Below are positions 19,800-29,123 of a DNA stretch of 64,000 bases, piece by piece (the stretch's first letter is position 1; the number at the start of each line of letters is the position of its first letter). Source of the DNA: Spirochaetia bacterium. GTDB taxonomy: Bacteria; Spirochaetota; Spirochaetia; CADAEX01. The notes beneath the pieces were generated by a model, which saw only the letters and a program-made list of their open reading frames with translations, did not search any database and was not told the origin of the DNA. The stretch covers positions 2,752,001 through 2,816,000 of the forward strand of contig OY759746.1 of NCBI GenBank assembly GCA_963662795.1, given 5' to 3'. A program made the position numbers and the translations under genes.

Positions 19800-20070
19800 A
19801 CTTGAAAAAGTAATAAGTATAACCGGAGAAGATATTTATCATGGCAATTTTGATTCTGTTCCCGTGAAGTGATATGTTTATTATTATTCTTCCGGAAAGA
19901 TAACTATTGGCGGGAGATATGAAGATGGAAGTGAAACTTATATCTATGATGATGTTACACTTTTTGCCGGCTGGAACAGGATGATTTCTGAAACATCTGA
20001 TAGAAGCACTTTTACATATTCCGGCGGAACAATTTCAGATCCGAAATGGACGGTAATGCCAGAGGAGTGA
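19800..20070 (+). pseudogene. C-terminal remnant of an exported beta-rich protein
   Basis: Frame LEKVISITGE...VK*YVYYYSSGKITIGG...VTLFAGWNRM...KWTVMPEE*, with internal TGA at 19870; no start or signal peptide. Confidence 0.55.
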
Positions 20071-20120
20071 TTATTCACTTTATATGTAATAAAATTTCCC
20101 CGGGGCAAAGGCGGGGTTTT

Positions 20121-20219
20121 TTTATTCCACCGGCTCGAATTTGTACTTCTGCCCGCCGATCGAAGCCTGGTACATCAGGCCTCCCTTTGCCATCGTGAAA
20201 ACAGCCATTCCCTTGTAGT
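20121..20219 (-). repeat. 99-bp direct repeat = orphan copy of the 3' end of the YSC84/SYLF gene (partner 21201..21299)
   Basis: Offset exactly 1080 bp; mismatches at 20140, 20179, 20182, 20185, 20209. Confidence 0.97.
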
Positions 20220-20447
20220 GCCGGTGTTTAGGATATTTCTACCCTGAAACGCTAAAAAACCTGAAAAAATGCAGATTGCCTTTAATGACTCAGCCATTAT
20301 CTGAAAATACCATAAAAAAGCATATATATAAATAAATAGTCTCATTTTGCATTTTGGGACGACTGATCGGTCAGGCGGGTTTATTCTTACTGTGGCTTCA
20401 TTTTTTCCCGAAGCCGTATCACAATATCAAAAGGAGATTGTTTTGCC

Positions 20448-21164
20448 ATGAAAAAGCCGGAATTGGTTATAATTGCCGCGGCAGTTGCCGCTTTTATCTT
20501 ATTTGCTGCGTGCGACAGCTCAGGAGGCGGAGGTTCCGTTACAGAAGATGATCTTCAGGGAATATGGGTCGCTGTCGGGGAAGATGAGGGGACAGCCAAG
20601 GCCATGCTTTTTGACATCTCAGGCAATGAATTTACAAGAATTGCGTATACAGAAACAATATATCCGGATATGGTTCAGGAAGAAGGTTCAAAAGGGACTT
20701 TCTCCATATCCGGAGATACAATGAAGGTTACAGTGGCGGAAGAATGGGTTGATTACGAAAATGGTTGGGCCTCCGATCCTGATAACTTTGATATTCCCAT
20801 TTCCATGAGCGGCGATACTTTTACAATAAATATAGATGATCAGGATGTCACCTTTTACAAGAAATCATTTTCAAATCCGGCGGGATTTGAGGATAGATGG
20901 TACTTAAATGCCGATGACAGCATATATATGGATCTTGCAGGAAATGGTAATTACTCATACGTAGACACAGATGCAAGTTATAACTCCTCAGGTACCTGGT
21001 CCGCAACTTCAGACATGTTCCGCATAATTGAAACATATGGCAGTGATTATGGAGAAGATTATTATTATGAAAAACTTTATTATTATGAGCTGGATGGTTC
21101 GAATCTGAAATTCTCCTGGGATGAAACTGAAATGTATAATTTTTCAAATGTAACCATAGGATAG
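20448..21164 (+). CDS. Lipoprotein, two tandem lipocalin-like beta domains
   Basis: SD AGGAG; lipobox FAAC; internal similarity LQGIWV..KGTFSISGDTM / FEDRWY..SGTWSATSDMF. Confidence 0.8.
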   Translation: MKKPELVIIAAAVAAFILFAACDSSGGGGSVTEDDLQGIWVAVGEDEGTAKAMLFDISGNEFTRIAYTETIYPDMVQEEGSKGTFSISGDTMKVTVAEEWVDYENGWASDPDNFDIPISMSGDTFTINIDDQDVTFYKKSFSNPAGFEDRWYLNADDSIYMDLAGNGNYSYVDTDASYNSSGTWSATSDMFRIIETYGSDYGEDYYYEKLYYYELDGSNLKFSWDETEMYNFSNVTIG

Positions 21165-21201
21165 TATTATCTCATAAAACCCGGTACACTCTGCCGGGTC
21201 T

Positions 21202-21768
21202 TTATTCCACCGGCTCGAACTTGTACTTCTGCCCGCCGATCGAAGCCTGGTACATCAGCCCGCCTTTTGCCATCGTGAAAACAGCCATCCCCTTGTAGTA
21301 TTCGGTTTCTGCCTGTTTTTTGTCAGTGTTTGCTGTTTTTCCTTCGGAACCTATGCTTGCCCCGGCCCCGACAGTAATGGCGACTGCCTCGGCTTGGGCG
21401 CCGAACTCGAAATTCCCGGCTGTGAACTCATCATACGCTTTTTTGTTCTCAAAAAAAATTACCTGGCTGTATGCCTGCCCTCCAGCCTGAAAACCAATGC
21501 TAAGTTGAGTCATGCTCACTTCGCCTGTCATTATACCGTTCCTGTAAACGCGCCCCTTGCCGTGCGCTCCGCCAATACCCAGGCCGCCTTTTCCGATGGT
21601 CGGAAAAACAGCGTACCCGTATGATGAATCGTTGAATTTTCTTACTATGTCTGATTTAAGGAATTCCTTCATTGTTTCCCTGTCGGCAGACTCGTCAGAT
21701 TCGGCAAACAGGGGAATTACCGCGAGAATCGCGCATGCCAGAAAAATTATGATTAATCTTGATTTCAT
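21202..21768 (-). CDS. YSC84-related / SYLF lipid-binding exported protein
   Basis: GYAVFPTIGKGGLGIGGAHGKG, SIGFQAGGQ, KGGLMYQASIGGQKYKF; ATG 21768 with GGAG SD. Confidence 0.88.
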   Translation of the reverse strand: MKSRLIIIFLACAILAVIPLFAESDESADRETMKEFLKSDIVRKFNDSSYGYAVFPTIGKGGLGIGGAHGKGRVYRNGIMTGEVSMTQLSIGFQAGGQAYSQVIFFENKKAYDEFTAGNFEFGAQAEAVAITVGAGASIGSEGKTANTDKKQAETEYYKGMAVFTMAKGGLMYQASIGGQKYKFEPVE

Positions 21769-22104
21769 CTCGTTGTCTCCTGAAACCATATTACACAGTG
21801 ATTCCAAAATTATCAATGTAAATGATGTTGTATCAAAAGTGTGGATTTAGAATCTTTGGTGTTGAACTTGATTACTTTAGGAAAAATCACAATTTAGTAA
21901 GATGTAGGGGAGTGAATCCTGCGGTCTTTGATGTATCAAGATAATAATTTTTTTCGATATTTATTTCTCCTGCCATCATTCCTGCTGCTGTACTATGCTT
22001 TATTATGCTGTATGTTTAATATGGAATTTCTAGCAAAGGTGGTCGTTTATGGCAGTTGCAAACAGAGTATTGAATCAAGACGGCAAAGTAAAAGTACCAT
22101 ATAA

Positions 22105-23161
22105 ATGAAGGTTATCGGTACAGAAACAGATGAAGCTACTTTTACAGACAGCCAGGGGAATGAAACAACCGTAACAGTCAACTCAAGCCGTGTATTTAAT
22201 TCCGATTACCTTTATGTCAATTACAGTTATGAGGGAGACACGTTTTATACGGTTGTAAATCGTGATACTGGAGTTATAAGGGAGATTAAAGAGCCGAACA
22301 CTTGAAGATAGGTTGAGAGAAAGAGAAGGGTATCTGTATTATGTTTCTGACAATATCCTCAATAAAATGGAACTTTCAAGTTTAGCCTGTACAGCCCGGA
22401 GTGCAGCAGATGACGGGATCAATGCAAGCTCCTTTGTATTTGTTTCCCCTACAACAGATAATGTGTTTACATTCGCTCAAAATAATATCCGCTGTTATTA
22501 TTCAGGTGGGACAACCTACAAAGACAATTCTCTTGAGTCAAGCTGTCTGCTGTTTTATCTCACCCTTATGGGTGATTATCCGGGAAAGGAAATTGTTGAG
22601 GACATGGACATGGCAGAGATTTATTATGTCATGTTTGAGGGTGACGGGATTTCCGCTTATAGAATGGAGTTTGACCAATCGGGGTATATCGGGATTATAA
22701 GGCCATGGGATTAATTCTCTATTTCAGGTACAGCGGTCGGCGCTGTTGAAAGACTTGGAGGAAAGACAGCATATTTTGACAACAGCCTCTTTACCCGGAA
22801 TGAATCGTCAAATCAGCTAATCAGGTTAACCTATAGCAGCACGGAAAACATATCTGCGTCCATTTATCAGCTTGCCGCGGAAACATCGAGTTATGCAAAT
22901 CCGAAAGAAGGTGTTTACGATATCGCAGGTAAAAAACTGATATTATATTATTATACAACAACAGGCAGTTATAAAGTAGTCGATACCGATCCAGCGGTTA
23001 CAAGTGTCCTTGTTTCAACGCCGAAAGTAATTACTTGCAGTATTGCAGGTGACAATTTTTTCTATTGTGCCGACTCTGAGATGTATAAATACAGCTTTGA
23101 CACTGATACAAGCGAATTATACAAGCCGGAAGCGGTTGAGATAGAGGGGGTTATAGAATGA
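22105..23161 (+). pseudogene. Degraded beta-rich (propeller-like) exported protein
   Basis: ORF 22105-22305, frameshift to 22313-22714, then the same frame stays open 149 codons past the TAA to TGA 23161. Confidence 0.7.
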
Positions 23162-23185
23162 ATGGGGATAATGGACATTTAAAAA

Positions 23186-23273
23186 GGGTGTCATTTTGGG
23201 TGTCATTGGCATTTATTGCTATGACATATAACTTAAGGGAAGTTGCATAAATTGTTATCCCGTAACGATTTAT
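23186..23273. other. Putative integrase attachment-site remnant beside tRNA-Gly 3' end
   Basis: GGGTGTCATT x2 (23186, 23198); IR ATAAATTGTTA-5-TAACGATTTAT (23247-23273). Confidence 0.4.
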
Positions 23274-23279
23274 TTAATA

Positions 23280-23351
23280 AGCGCCCGATGAGAATCGAAC
23301 TCACATCATAAGCTTGGAAGGCTTAGGTAATAGCCATTATACGACAGGCGC
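23280..23351 (-). tRNA. tRNA-Gly(TCC)
   Basis: GCGCCTG acceptor stem, anticodon arm TAAGC-CTTCCAA-GCTTA, GTTCGATTC T-loop; CCA not encoded. Confidence 0.95.
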
Positions 23352-23478
23352 ATCTGGATGATCACATCCTTGAACAAAATATAATGAGAAATCGCTTTGA
23401 TTGTCAATAGTTTTTACTTGAATAAATAGTATCGATACGTTAAATTGCACCTATCTAACCCCCCGGGAGTAACAGGAC

Positions 23479-23712
23479 ATGGGAATACGCGGTGAAGTTT
23501 TTTCATCAAAACTGAATACTGAAAAAAGAACTTATTTCTTCAATATCAAGGAAAACAGAAAGGGCGATCATTTTCTCAATCTTGTGGAAAGCGCCAAACA
23601 CGGGGAAGAGGGCTTCGAAAGACGCTCCATCATTGTCTATGAAGAAGATCTTGATGATTTTGTAAAGGAATTTACACGCGCTATCGATTTCATGAAAAAA
23701 AACAGATCATGA
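23479..23712 (+). CDS. bpuR: PUR-domain DNA/RNA-binding protein (BpuR/DUF3276-like)
   Basis: MGIRGEVFS..RTYFFNIKENRKGDHFLNLVES..FERRSIIVYEE. Confidence 0.85.
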   Translation: MGIRGEVFSSKLNTEKRTYFFNIKENRKGDHFLNLVESAKHGEEGFERRSIIVYEEDLDDFVKEFTRAIDFMKKNRS

Positions 23713-24264
23713 AGAGGTATATTTAAAACTCATCCTGTGAATGGGGCAGGGGCCGATTTTTTCAAGTATCTGCCTGTGAAGCAGAGTCGGATAGCCCTTG
23801 TGCTTCTCAAACATATAATCCCTTTCTATCCATGAATATCTTATCATCCAGCGGTCTCTCGCGTTTTTAGCGATTATTGACGCGGCTTTTATCTCATCAA
23901 TCCTGTCATCGCCTTTGACTATGGCTTCCCGTCTGCAGCTGATATCAGGGGTAAAAAGTCCGTCAACCAGCACAATATCCGCCCCGCTCTGTTCCGGAAG
24001 TTCTTCATAGGCCCTCTTCATCGCAAGAAGTGTCGCGTGGTGGATATTGATCCTGTCAATTTCTTCAGGCCAGGCCCACCCGATTGAGTAAAAGCAGTCT
24101 TTTATCAGCATTGCGCATATTCTGCTTCTCGCCGCGGGGGTGAGTTTTTTTGAGTCTTTGAGTATTTCCCGCGGAAAGTCATCCGAAAGTATTACAGCCG
24201 CGGCAGTTACAGGGCCAGCAAGAGGACCTCTTCCCGCCTCATCTATTCCGCAGATCACAGACAT
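23707..24264 (-). CDS. rnhB: Ribonuclease HII
   Basis: GIDEAGRGPLAGPV, DSKKL, IVKGD, AASIIAK, HKGYPT, IHRMSF. Confidence 0.96.
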   Translation of the reverse strand: MSVICGIDEAGRGPLAGPVTAAAVILSDDFPREILKDSKKLTPAARSRICAMLIKDCFYSIGWAWPEEIDRINIHHATLLAMKRAYEELPEQSGADIVLVDGLFTPDISCRREAIVKGDDRIDEIKAASIIAKNARDRWMIRYSWIERDYMFEKHKGYPTLLHRQILEKIGPCPIHRMSFKYTSS

Positions 24265-24430
24265 TCAGCAATTATCTCCCTATTAGCTTTTTTATTACGG
24301 GATCAAAAAAAGAACAAATTGATCCGGGGTAAGTATAAAATCACTTACCAATCAGGTCAATTATGCTATACTAAGGCAGATTATCCATGTATGGTATTCG
24401 CAAATTCTAAAAAATAATTCAGGTGGCCTT

Positions 24431-27232
24431 GTGTTTTTAAAAAGTATTGAGCTTTTTGGTTTTAAATCATTTGCGGACAGAAGCAAGATAGAATTCATTG
24501 ACGGAATAACTGCCCTTCTGGGTCCTAACGGGTGCGGCAAGAGCAATATAGTAGATGCAATAAAATGGGTTTTAGGCGAGCAGTCAACAAAAACTCTCCG
24601 GGCAGAAAAGATGGAAGATGTGATTTTCAATGGCACAGAGTCGAGGAAAGCGCTTAATATCGCCGAGGTTACGCTTGTACTTTCAAATGACTCAGGCATG
24701 CTTAATCTTGATGTTCCTGAAATTTCCATTAAAAGAAGGCTGTACCGCTCGGGAGAAAGTGAATACTACGTGAATAATACCCCTGTAAAGCTTAAAGAGC
24801 TGCGTGAGCTTTTTTTTGATACAGGAGTTGGGAAATCCGCCTATTCCATAATGGAGCAGGGCAAGATAGACCAGGTTATATCAAACAAACCGGAAGAAAG
24901 GCGCCATATTTTTGAGGAAGCGGCCGGCATTACCCGTTACAGGGTAAGAAGCGCGGAAGCGGAGAGGAAACTCGAAAAGACAGAAGAGAACATGCGCCAG
25001 GTTGACAGCATAATAGGCGAAGTAAAGAAATCCTATGAATCGCTTAAAATCCAGTCTTCGAAAACCGAGAAATACAGGGCGCTCAAGGACCAGCTTTTTA
25101 CATTCGAGCTTGATATACAGCTTCTGCGTCTTAAAGGATTTCTCGACAGCAAGGACAAGACAGAGGATGATATAAAAAGCGGCGATAAAAGAAAATCTGA
25201 TGTTGAAAAGGAAATTGCGTCTATAAATGATTTTCTGAAAGAAAATACGGGGCTTGTAAGCTCTATGGAATCTGAGCTGATAGAAAAGCAGAAAAAACTC
25301 TACGGCATAGGTCTTGAGAAGGACAACAAGAAAAATCAGCACCGTATGCTTGAAGACAGGAAGAAAGAGATTGAGCGGCAGATAGAATCCTGCATGATAA
25401 GGGACAAGGCGCTAAGGGAAAAGATTTTTTCCGTAAAGGATCAGATAACCGACAAGCAGAACCTTTTAAGGGAAATTGATGAAAGGCTTTCTGAAGTAGG
25501 GGATAATATCACTCTTTTTGAGGATAAAATCAGGACTGCGGCAGGTACCATCAGGGAAAATGAAAAACTGATTATTGAAAATGAAGAAGATATCAAGGAA
25601 TCGGAGAAGAGGCAGCATTCCCTTCAGACAGATTTGCGTAATATCACTGAAGATATAGTAAAACAGCTTGATAAATCACTCAAAGATACCGGGTACTCCC
25701 AGGCGGAGAGAAAAACGGCTGAGGAGAGCGTGCTCCTCAGTCTTGAAGAGCTCAGGATTATACTTGAAGGGCGGATCAGGATTCTCAACGACAGTCTTGA
25801 GCTTGATATAACTGATGAAAAAGAATATCTGAATTTCGCGAAAGCGGCAAAATCCGCTTTTGAGGAAGGGTTTGAAAAGCTAAAAACCATTAAAAGCAGC
25901 TTCGAGACCTATAACAGGACAGTTCCTGTTTTTATCGATGAATTCCTTGCTCCCGAAGGTATTATAACCAGAAAAAGGGGCATCGATAACGAAATTACAA
26001 ATCTTTTCGGCAGGGTAGCGGATCTGAGGGAAAAAATCAGGGAACTGCAGACGGCAAACAGGGAGCTTACCTTAAAGATAGAAAACTATCGCGGTTCGCT
26101 TGAAGGGCTTAAGGTAGAGCAGGTCAAGATGAAAACCCAGCAGGGGGCTTTTAACGATTCAATCAGGGCTCTCGCGAGGAACATCGAGGATTACGAGAAA
26201 CAGATCAAGGATAACAATACGGAAGCGGAAAACTGCAATATAAGGATAGGCGATATCTCTGTCAGGATTGATTCTGTAATAACAGAGGAAAAAGCCCTGA
26301 TTGATGATGAGAAGAAACTCCATAAGGAGCTCATCGTTCTTGAATCAGGCATATCAAAGAAGAACAGCGATCTGGTTAATAAGGAAAGGCAGTCAAGGGA
26401 AAAAAGAAAGGATCTTGAAAAATTCCTTGCCCAGATTGAAAAACTGCAGATGGACAGGGTAATGCTTGAAACAGAGATCAGAAATATATATGACAATTTC
26501 AGGGAGAATTTCTCCCGCGACCTGTCTGAATATGAATCAAGAATATTCGAGATAACTGTACCGCTCAAGGATCTTAAGGAAAAGCTCAGGGAAATAAAAG
26601 AAGAAATACGGCTTATGGGGCAGATAAATCTTATGGCGCCTGAAGAGTTTGCAGAGGTGCGGGAAAGGTACGATTTCCTTAAAGGACAGATGGATGACCT
26701 TGTAAAGGCGAAGGAAGATCTTAAAAAAATCACAAAAGAGATAAAAACAGAATCCGAGCAGCTTTTTCTTGAAACCTTTGACCAGATAAAAAAGAATTTT
26801 TATGCCATCTTCAGACGGCTTTTCGGAGGAGGCCGGGCAGAAGTCAGGCTTTCAGATGATCAGAATGTGCTGACATCAGGTATTGATATTTTTGTACAGC
26901 CTCCTGGTAAAAAGCTTGAAAATATAACCCTTCTTTCAGGGGGAGAAAGGGCCCTTACAGGGGTTGCCCTCCTTTTTGCCACTTTCATGGTTAAACCCTC
27001 TCCTTTCTGTGTCCTTGACGAGATTGACGCGGCCCTTGATGAGAGTAATGTGGGCAAGTTTGTTAATATCCTGACAGAGTTCGGCAGTCAGTCGCAGTTT
27101 GTTGTAATAACACATAACAAGAAAACAGTAACAGGCGCCAAGACATTTCTTGGTGTTACAATGGAAGAGTCAGGCATTTCAAGGATTATCTCATTCAGGG
27201 TTGATAAAGGGGGAGAGGCCCAGGCAGGTTGA
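24431..27232 (+). CDS. smc: Chromosome segregation protein SMC (short, spirochaete P115-type)
   Basis: GFKSF, GPNGCGKSN, long coiled coil, LSGGE, LDEIDAALD, ITHNK. Confidence 0.93.
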   Translation: MFLKSIELFGFKSFADRSKIEFIDGITALLGPNGCGKSNIVDAIKWVLGEQSTKTLRAEKMEDVIFNGTESRKALNIAEVTLVLSNDSGMLNLDVPEISIKRRLYRSGESEYYVNNTPVKLKELRELFFDTGVGKSAYSIMEQGKIDQVISNKPEERRHIFEEAAGITRYRVRSAEAERKLEKTEENMRQVDSIIGEVKKSYESLKIQSSKTEKYRALKDQLFTFELDIQLLRLKGFLDSKDKTEDDIKSGDKRKSDVEKEIASINDFLKENTGLVSSMESELIEKQKKLYGIGLEKDNKKNQHRMLEDRKKEIERQIESCMIRDKALREKIFSVKDQITDKQNLLREIDERLSEVGDNITLFEDKIRTAAGTIRENEKLIIENEEDIKESEKRQHSLQTDLRNITEDIVKQLDKSLKDTGYSQAERKTAEESVLLSLEELRIILEGRIRILNDSLELDITDEKEYLNFAKAAKSAFEEGFEKLKTIKSSFETYNRTVPVFIDEFLAPEGIITRKRGIDNEITNLFGRVADLREKIRELQTANRELTLKIENYRGSLEGLKVEQVKMKTQQGAFNDSIRALARNIEDYEKQIKDNNTEAENCNIRIGDISVRIDSVITEEKALIDDEKKLHKELIVLESGISKKNSDLVNKERQSREKRKDLEKFLAQIEKLQMDRVMLETEIRNIYDNFRENFSRDLSEYESRIFEITVPLKDLKEKLREIKEEIRLMGQINLMAPEEFAEVRERYDFLKGQMDDLVKAKEDLKKITKEIKTESEQLFLETFDQIKKNFYAIFRRLFGGGRAEVRLSDDQNVLTSGIDIFVQPPGKKLENITLLSGGERALTGVALLFATFMVKPSPFCVLDEIDAALDESNVGKFVNILTEFGSQSQFVVITHNKKTVTGAKTFLGVTMEESGISRIISFRVDKGGEAQAG

Positions 27233-27627
27233 AGATGGATATAAAAGAGATATTCGGCAGATTTTCTGTTCCGAAAAACATTATTAAAATTGCAGCTTTT
27301 ACACTTATCTTCATCACTGTGCTCCTGCTGGCCTCTTTTGTTTTTAACCTCATTGCGGAACGAAATTACAGGAATTCCTCCTCAATTGCTGAAGAAGCGG
27401 AAGATCCTGATTTGCCTGAAATTTCAATTGATGCAGGCGACCTTAAAATCCCGGAAGCATACACCGGAACACCTGAGTTCACATGGAAACCGTACAGAAC
27501 TCCTGCGGATAAATGGAGCGATGAAGAGATCAGGCGGTTCTGGAAAGATCCCGCTGATGTCATTATTGAAGCATATGCAGATGAAAACAGAAAACATATT
27601 GAAAGTATTCTGGAGGATGTCCGCTGA
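27229..27627 (+). CDS. Single-TM hypothetical protein translationally coupled to smc
   Basis: TTGA overlap with smc stop; TM then WKPYRTPADKWSDEEIRRFW. Confidence 0.7.
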   Translation: MKMDIKEIFGRFSVPKNIIKIAAFTLIFITVLLLASFVFNLIAERNYRNSSSIAEEAEDPDLPEISIDAGDLKIPEAYTGTPEFTWKPYRTPADKWSDEEIRRFWKDPADVIIEAYADENRKHIESILEDVR

Positions 27628-29066
27628 AAAGCACTATCCTGTTTTTTCTCCTTACTATTTCAACTCTATTCTTTTTTTCCTGTGCGTCCGGCTCTGTTAT
27701 ACCTGATCAAAATTCAGAAGATACAGAACCTGAAATCAGTTCAATCAGTGAAGAAAAGACTGCCCCTCCTGATTATCTGCCTGTTGAAGCCGAGGCCCTT
27801 AATCCTGAATCCGGCAGTATCTGCCCGGAAACAGAACATGACACTGCATGGCCCCTGCCTTTGCCTGTTCCGGCAAGTCCTTTTACAGCTGTTCCCGTCC
27901 CTGCAGGCAGAATTGCCTTATCCGGAGAAATTGACAGGCCCCCGTATTCACTTCCGCCTGCGCCGGTACTGCCGGAAAAAGCTGCCCGGAATCAGTCTGT
28001 GAAGAGTTCTGATGTCACTTCAAACAAGCTGGAATTGCCCTCAGCTGCGACTGTACCGCTTTCAAAGGACCTTCCGGTCAAGGATAATAAGGATAATAAA
28101 GTAAAGACATCGCCGCAGAAGGAACCTTCAGCAGTGCTGCCGTCAAAACCAGCCGTCAGGAAACCGTTAGTTGCCCCTTCTGTAAAGACACCTGCCGCAG
28201 CTCCGCCGTCCCGGGCGCAGTCGAAGGAAGCGCCTGCAAAAGGGGCGGAAGCTAAAACAACTGTCCCGGGACCTGCCTCTGTTCTGTCTCCAACTGCCCC
28301 CAAAGCAGGACTGGTTTCCGGTGCTCAGGACAATCTTCTGCCTAAACTTGTGCAGCAGAACACGGAATTGCCCGCTGTTGATGCACCCTCAGCTCAGAAA
28401 GATAAACCTGAAACAGTGTATTACAGCCGTCCCGGCATTATCGAGATTATGCTTGAGAGGCAGGGCTGGATATACGCAGGTGAAAAAGAAGGGAGAAAAG
28501 GCCTTTCCTTTGAATCAAAGGAAAATCTGCCCGGTAATCCCGGCAGTACACTTTTCAGATTTTCAGTAAGGGATGAGGGCCCCTATAAAATGGTTTTTCA
28601 GCTTCAGGACAGGAGCGGCAGGTCAGAAGTTTCTGAGATAGACCTGAAAAAAGGGGCAGCGGAAAATCCTCAGCAGGAAGATAATGTTCCTGATATTGAA
28701 AACTCCGGTCTGTTATCACTCTTTTCAACCGTAAGTGAAGAGGCCGGAAAAGACGGCGCGATAGAAAAAAATGAGATTACAGAAAAAATCATTAAGGCAG
28801 CGGTTTTGCAGGCATCAGGGCGAATTTACGAAAAAGCAATAGAGATGCTTGAGATTATACCGGAGGAAAACCCGGATTATGCGCAAATGGACACGGTCTA
28901 TTACCTGCTGGGACAGTATTATGAGGCAGACAGTGTAAAGAGAAACGCTTCAAGGTCAGTGTATTATTACGGGAAACTAATTGATGAATTTCCTCTCAGC
29001 AGCCATGTATATGATGCCCAGTCAAGGATAAAATATCTTGAAAAACATTTTATCCATATACGGTAA
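27624..29066 (+). CDS. Pro/Ala-rich lipoprotein with C-terminal TPR (YbgF/BamD-like), probable CTG start
   Basis: Frame open 79 codons upstream of 27861 to CTG 27624, giving LKSTILFFLLTISTLFFFSC lipobox; TPR YYLLGQYYE..YYGKLIDEFPLS. Confidence 0.72.
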   Translation: MKSTILFFLLTISTLFFFSCASGSVIPDQNSEDTEPEISSISEEKTAPPDYLPVEAEALNPESGSICPETEHDTAWPLPLPVPASPFTAVPVPAGRIALSGEIDRPPYSLPPAPVLPEKAARNQSVKSSDVTSNKLELPSAATVPLSKDLPVKDNKDNKVKTSPQKEPSAVLPSKPAVRKPLVAPSVKTPAAAPPSRAQSKEAPAKGAEAKTTVPGPASVLSPTAPKAGLVSGAQDNLLPKLVQQNTELPAVDAPSAQKDKPETVYYSRPGIIEIMLERQGWIYAGEKEGRKGLSFESKENLPGNPGSTLFRFSVRDEGPYKMVFQLQDRSGRSEVSEIDLKKGAAENPQQEDNVPDIENSGLLSLFSTVSEEAGKDGAIEKNEITEKIIKAAVLQASGRIYEKAIEMLEIIPEENPDYAQMDTVYYLLGQYYEADSVKRNASRSVYYYGKLIDEFPLSSHVYDAQSRIKYLEKHFIHIR

Positions 29067-29123
29067 TGGCAAAACAGTTAAGGTTGACATTCGCCCTTAT
29101 TAAGGTTATAAATCGATAACAAT

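Noticed and set aside
19870-19872. In-frame TGA as selenocysteine or recoding
   Set aside because: The fragment has no start, no redox context and no evident SECIS; TGA is a normal stop in many genes here.
20121-21299. 99-bp repeat pair as a DGR template/variable repeat
   Set aside because: Mismatches are not confined to adenines in either copy or strand and are all synonymous; no RT nearby.
1-23279. Intact genomic island or prophage integrated at tRNA-Gly
   Set aside because: No integrase, no phage genes and no second copy of the tRNA 3' end were found by eye in the window.
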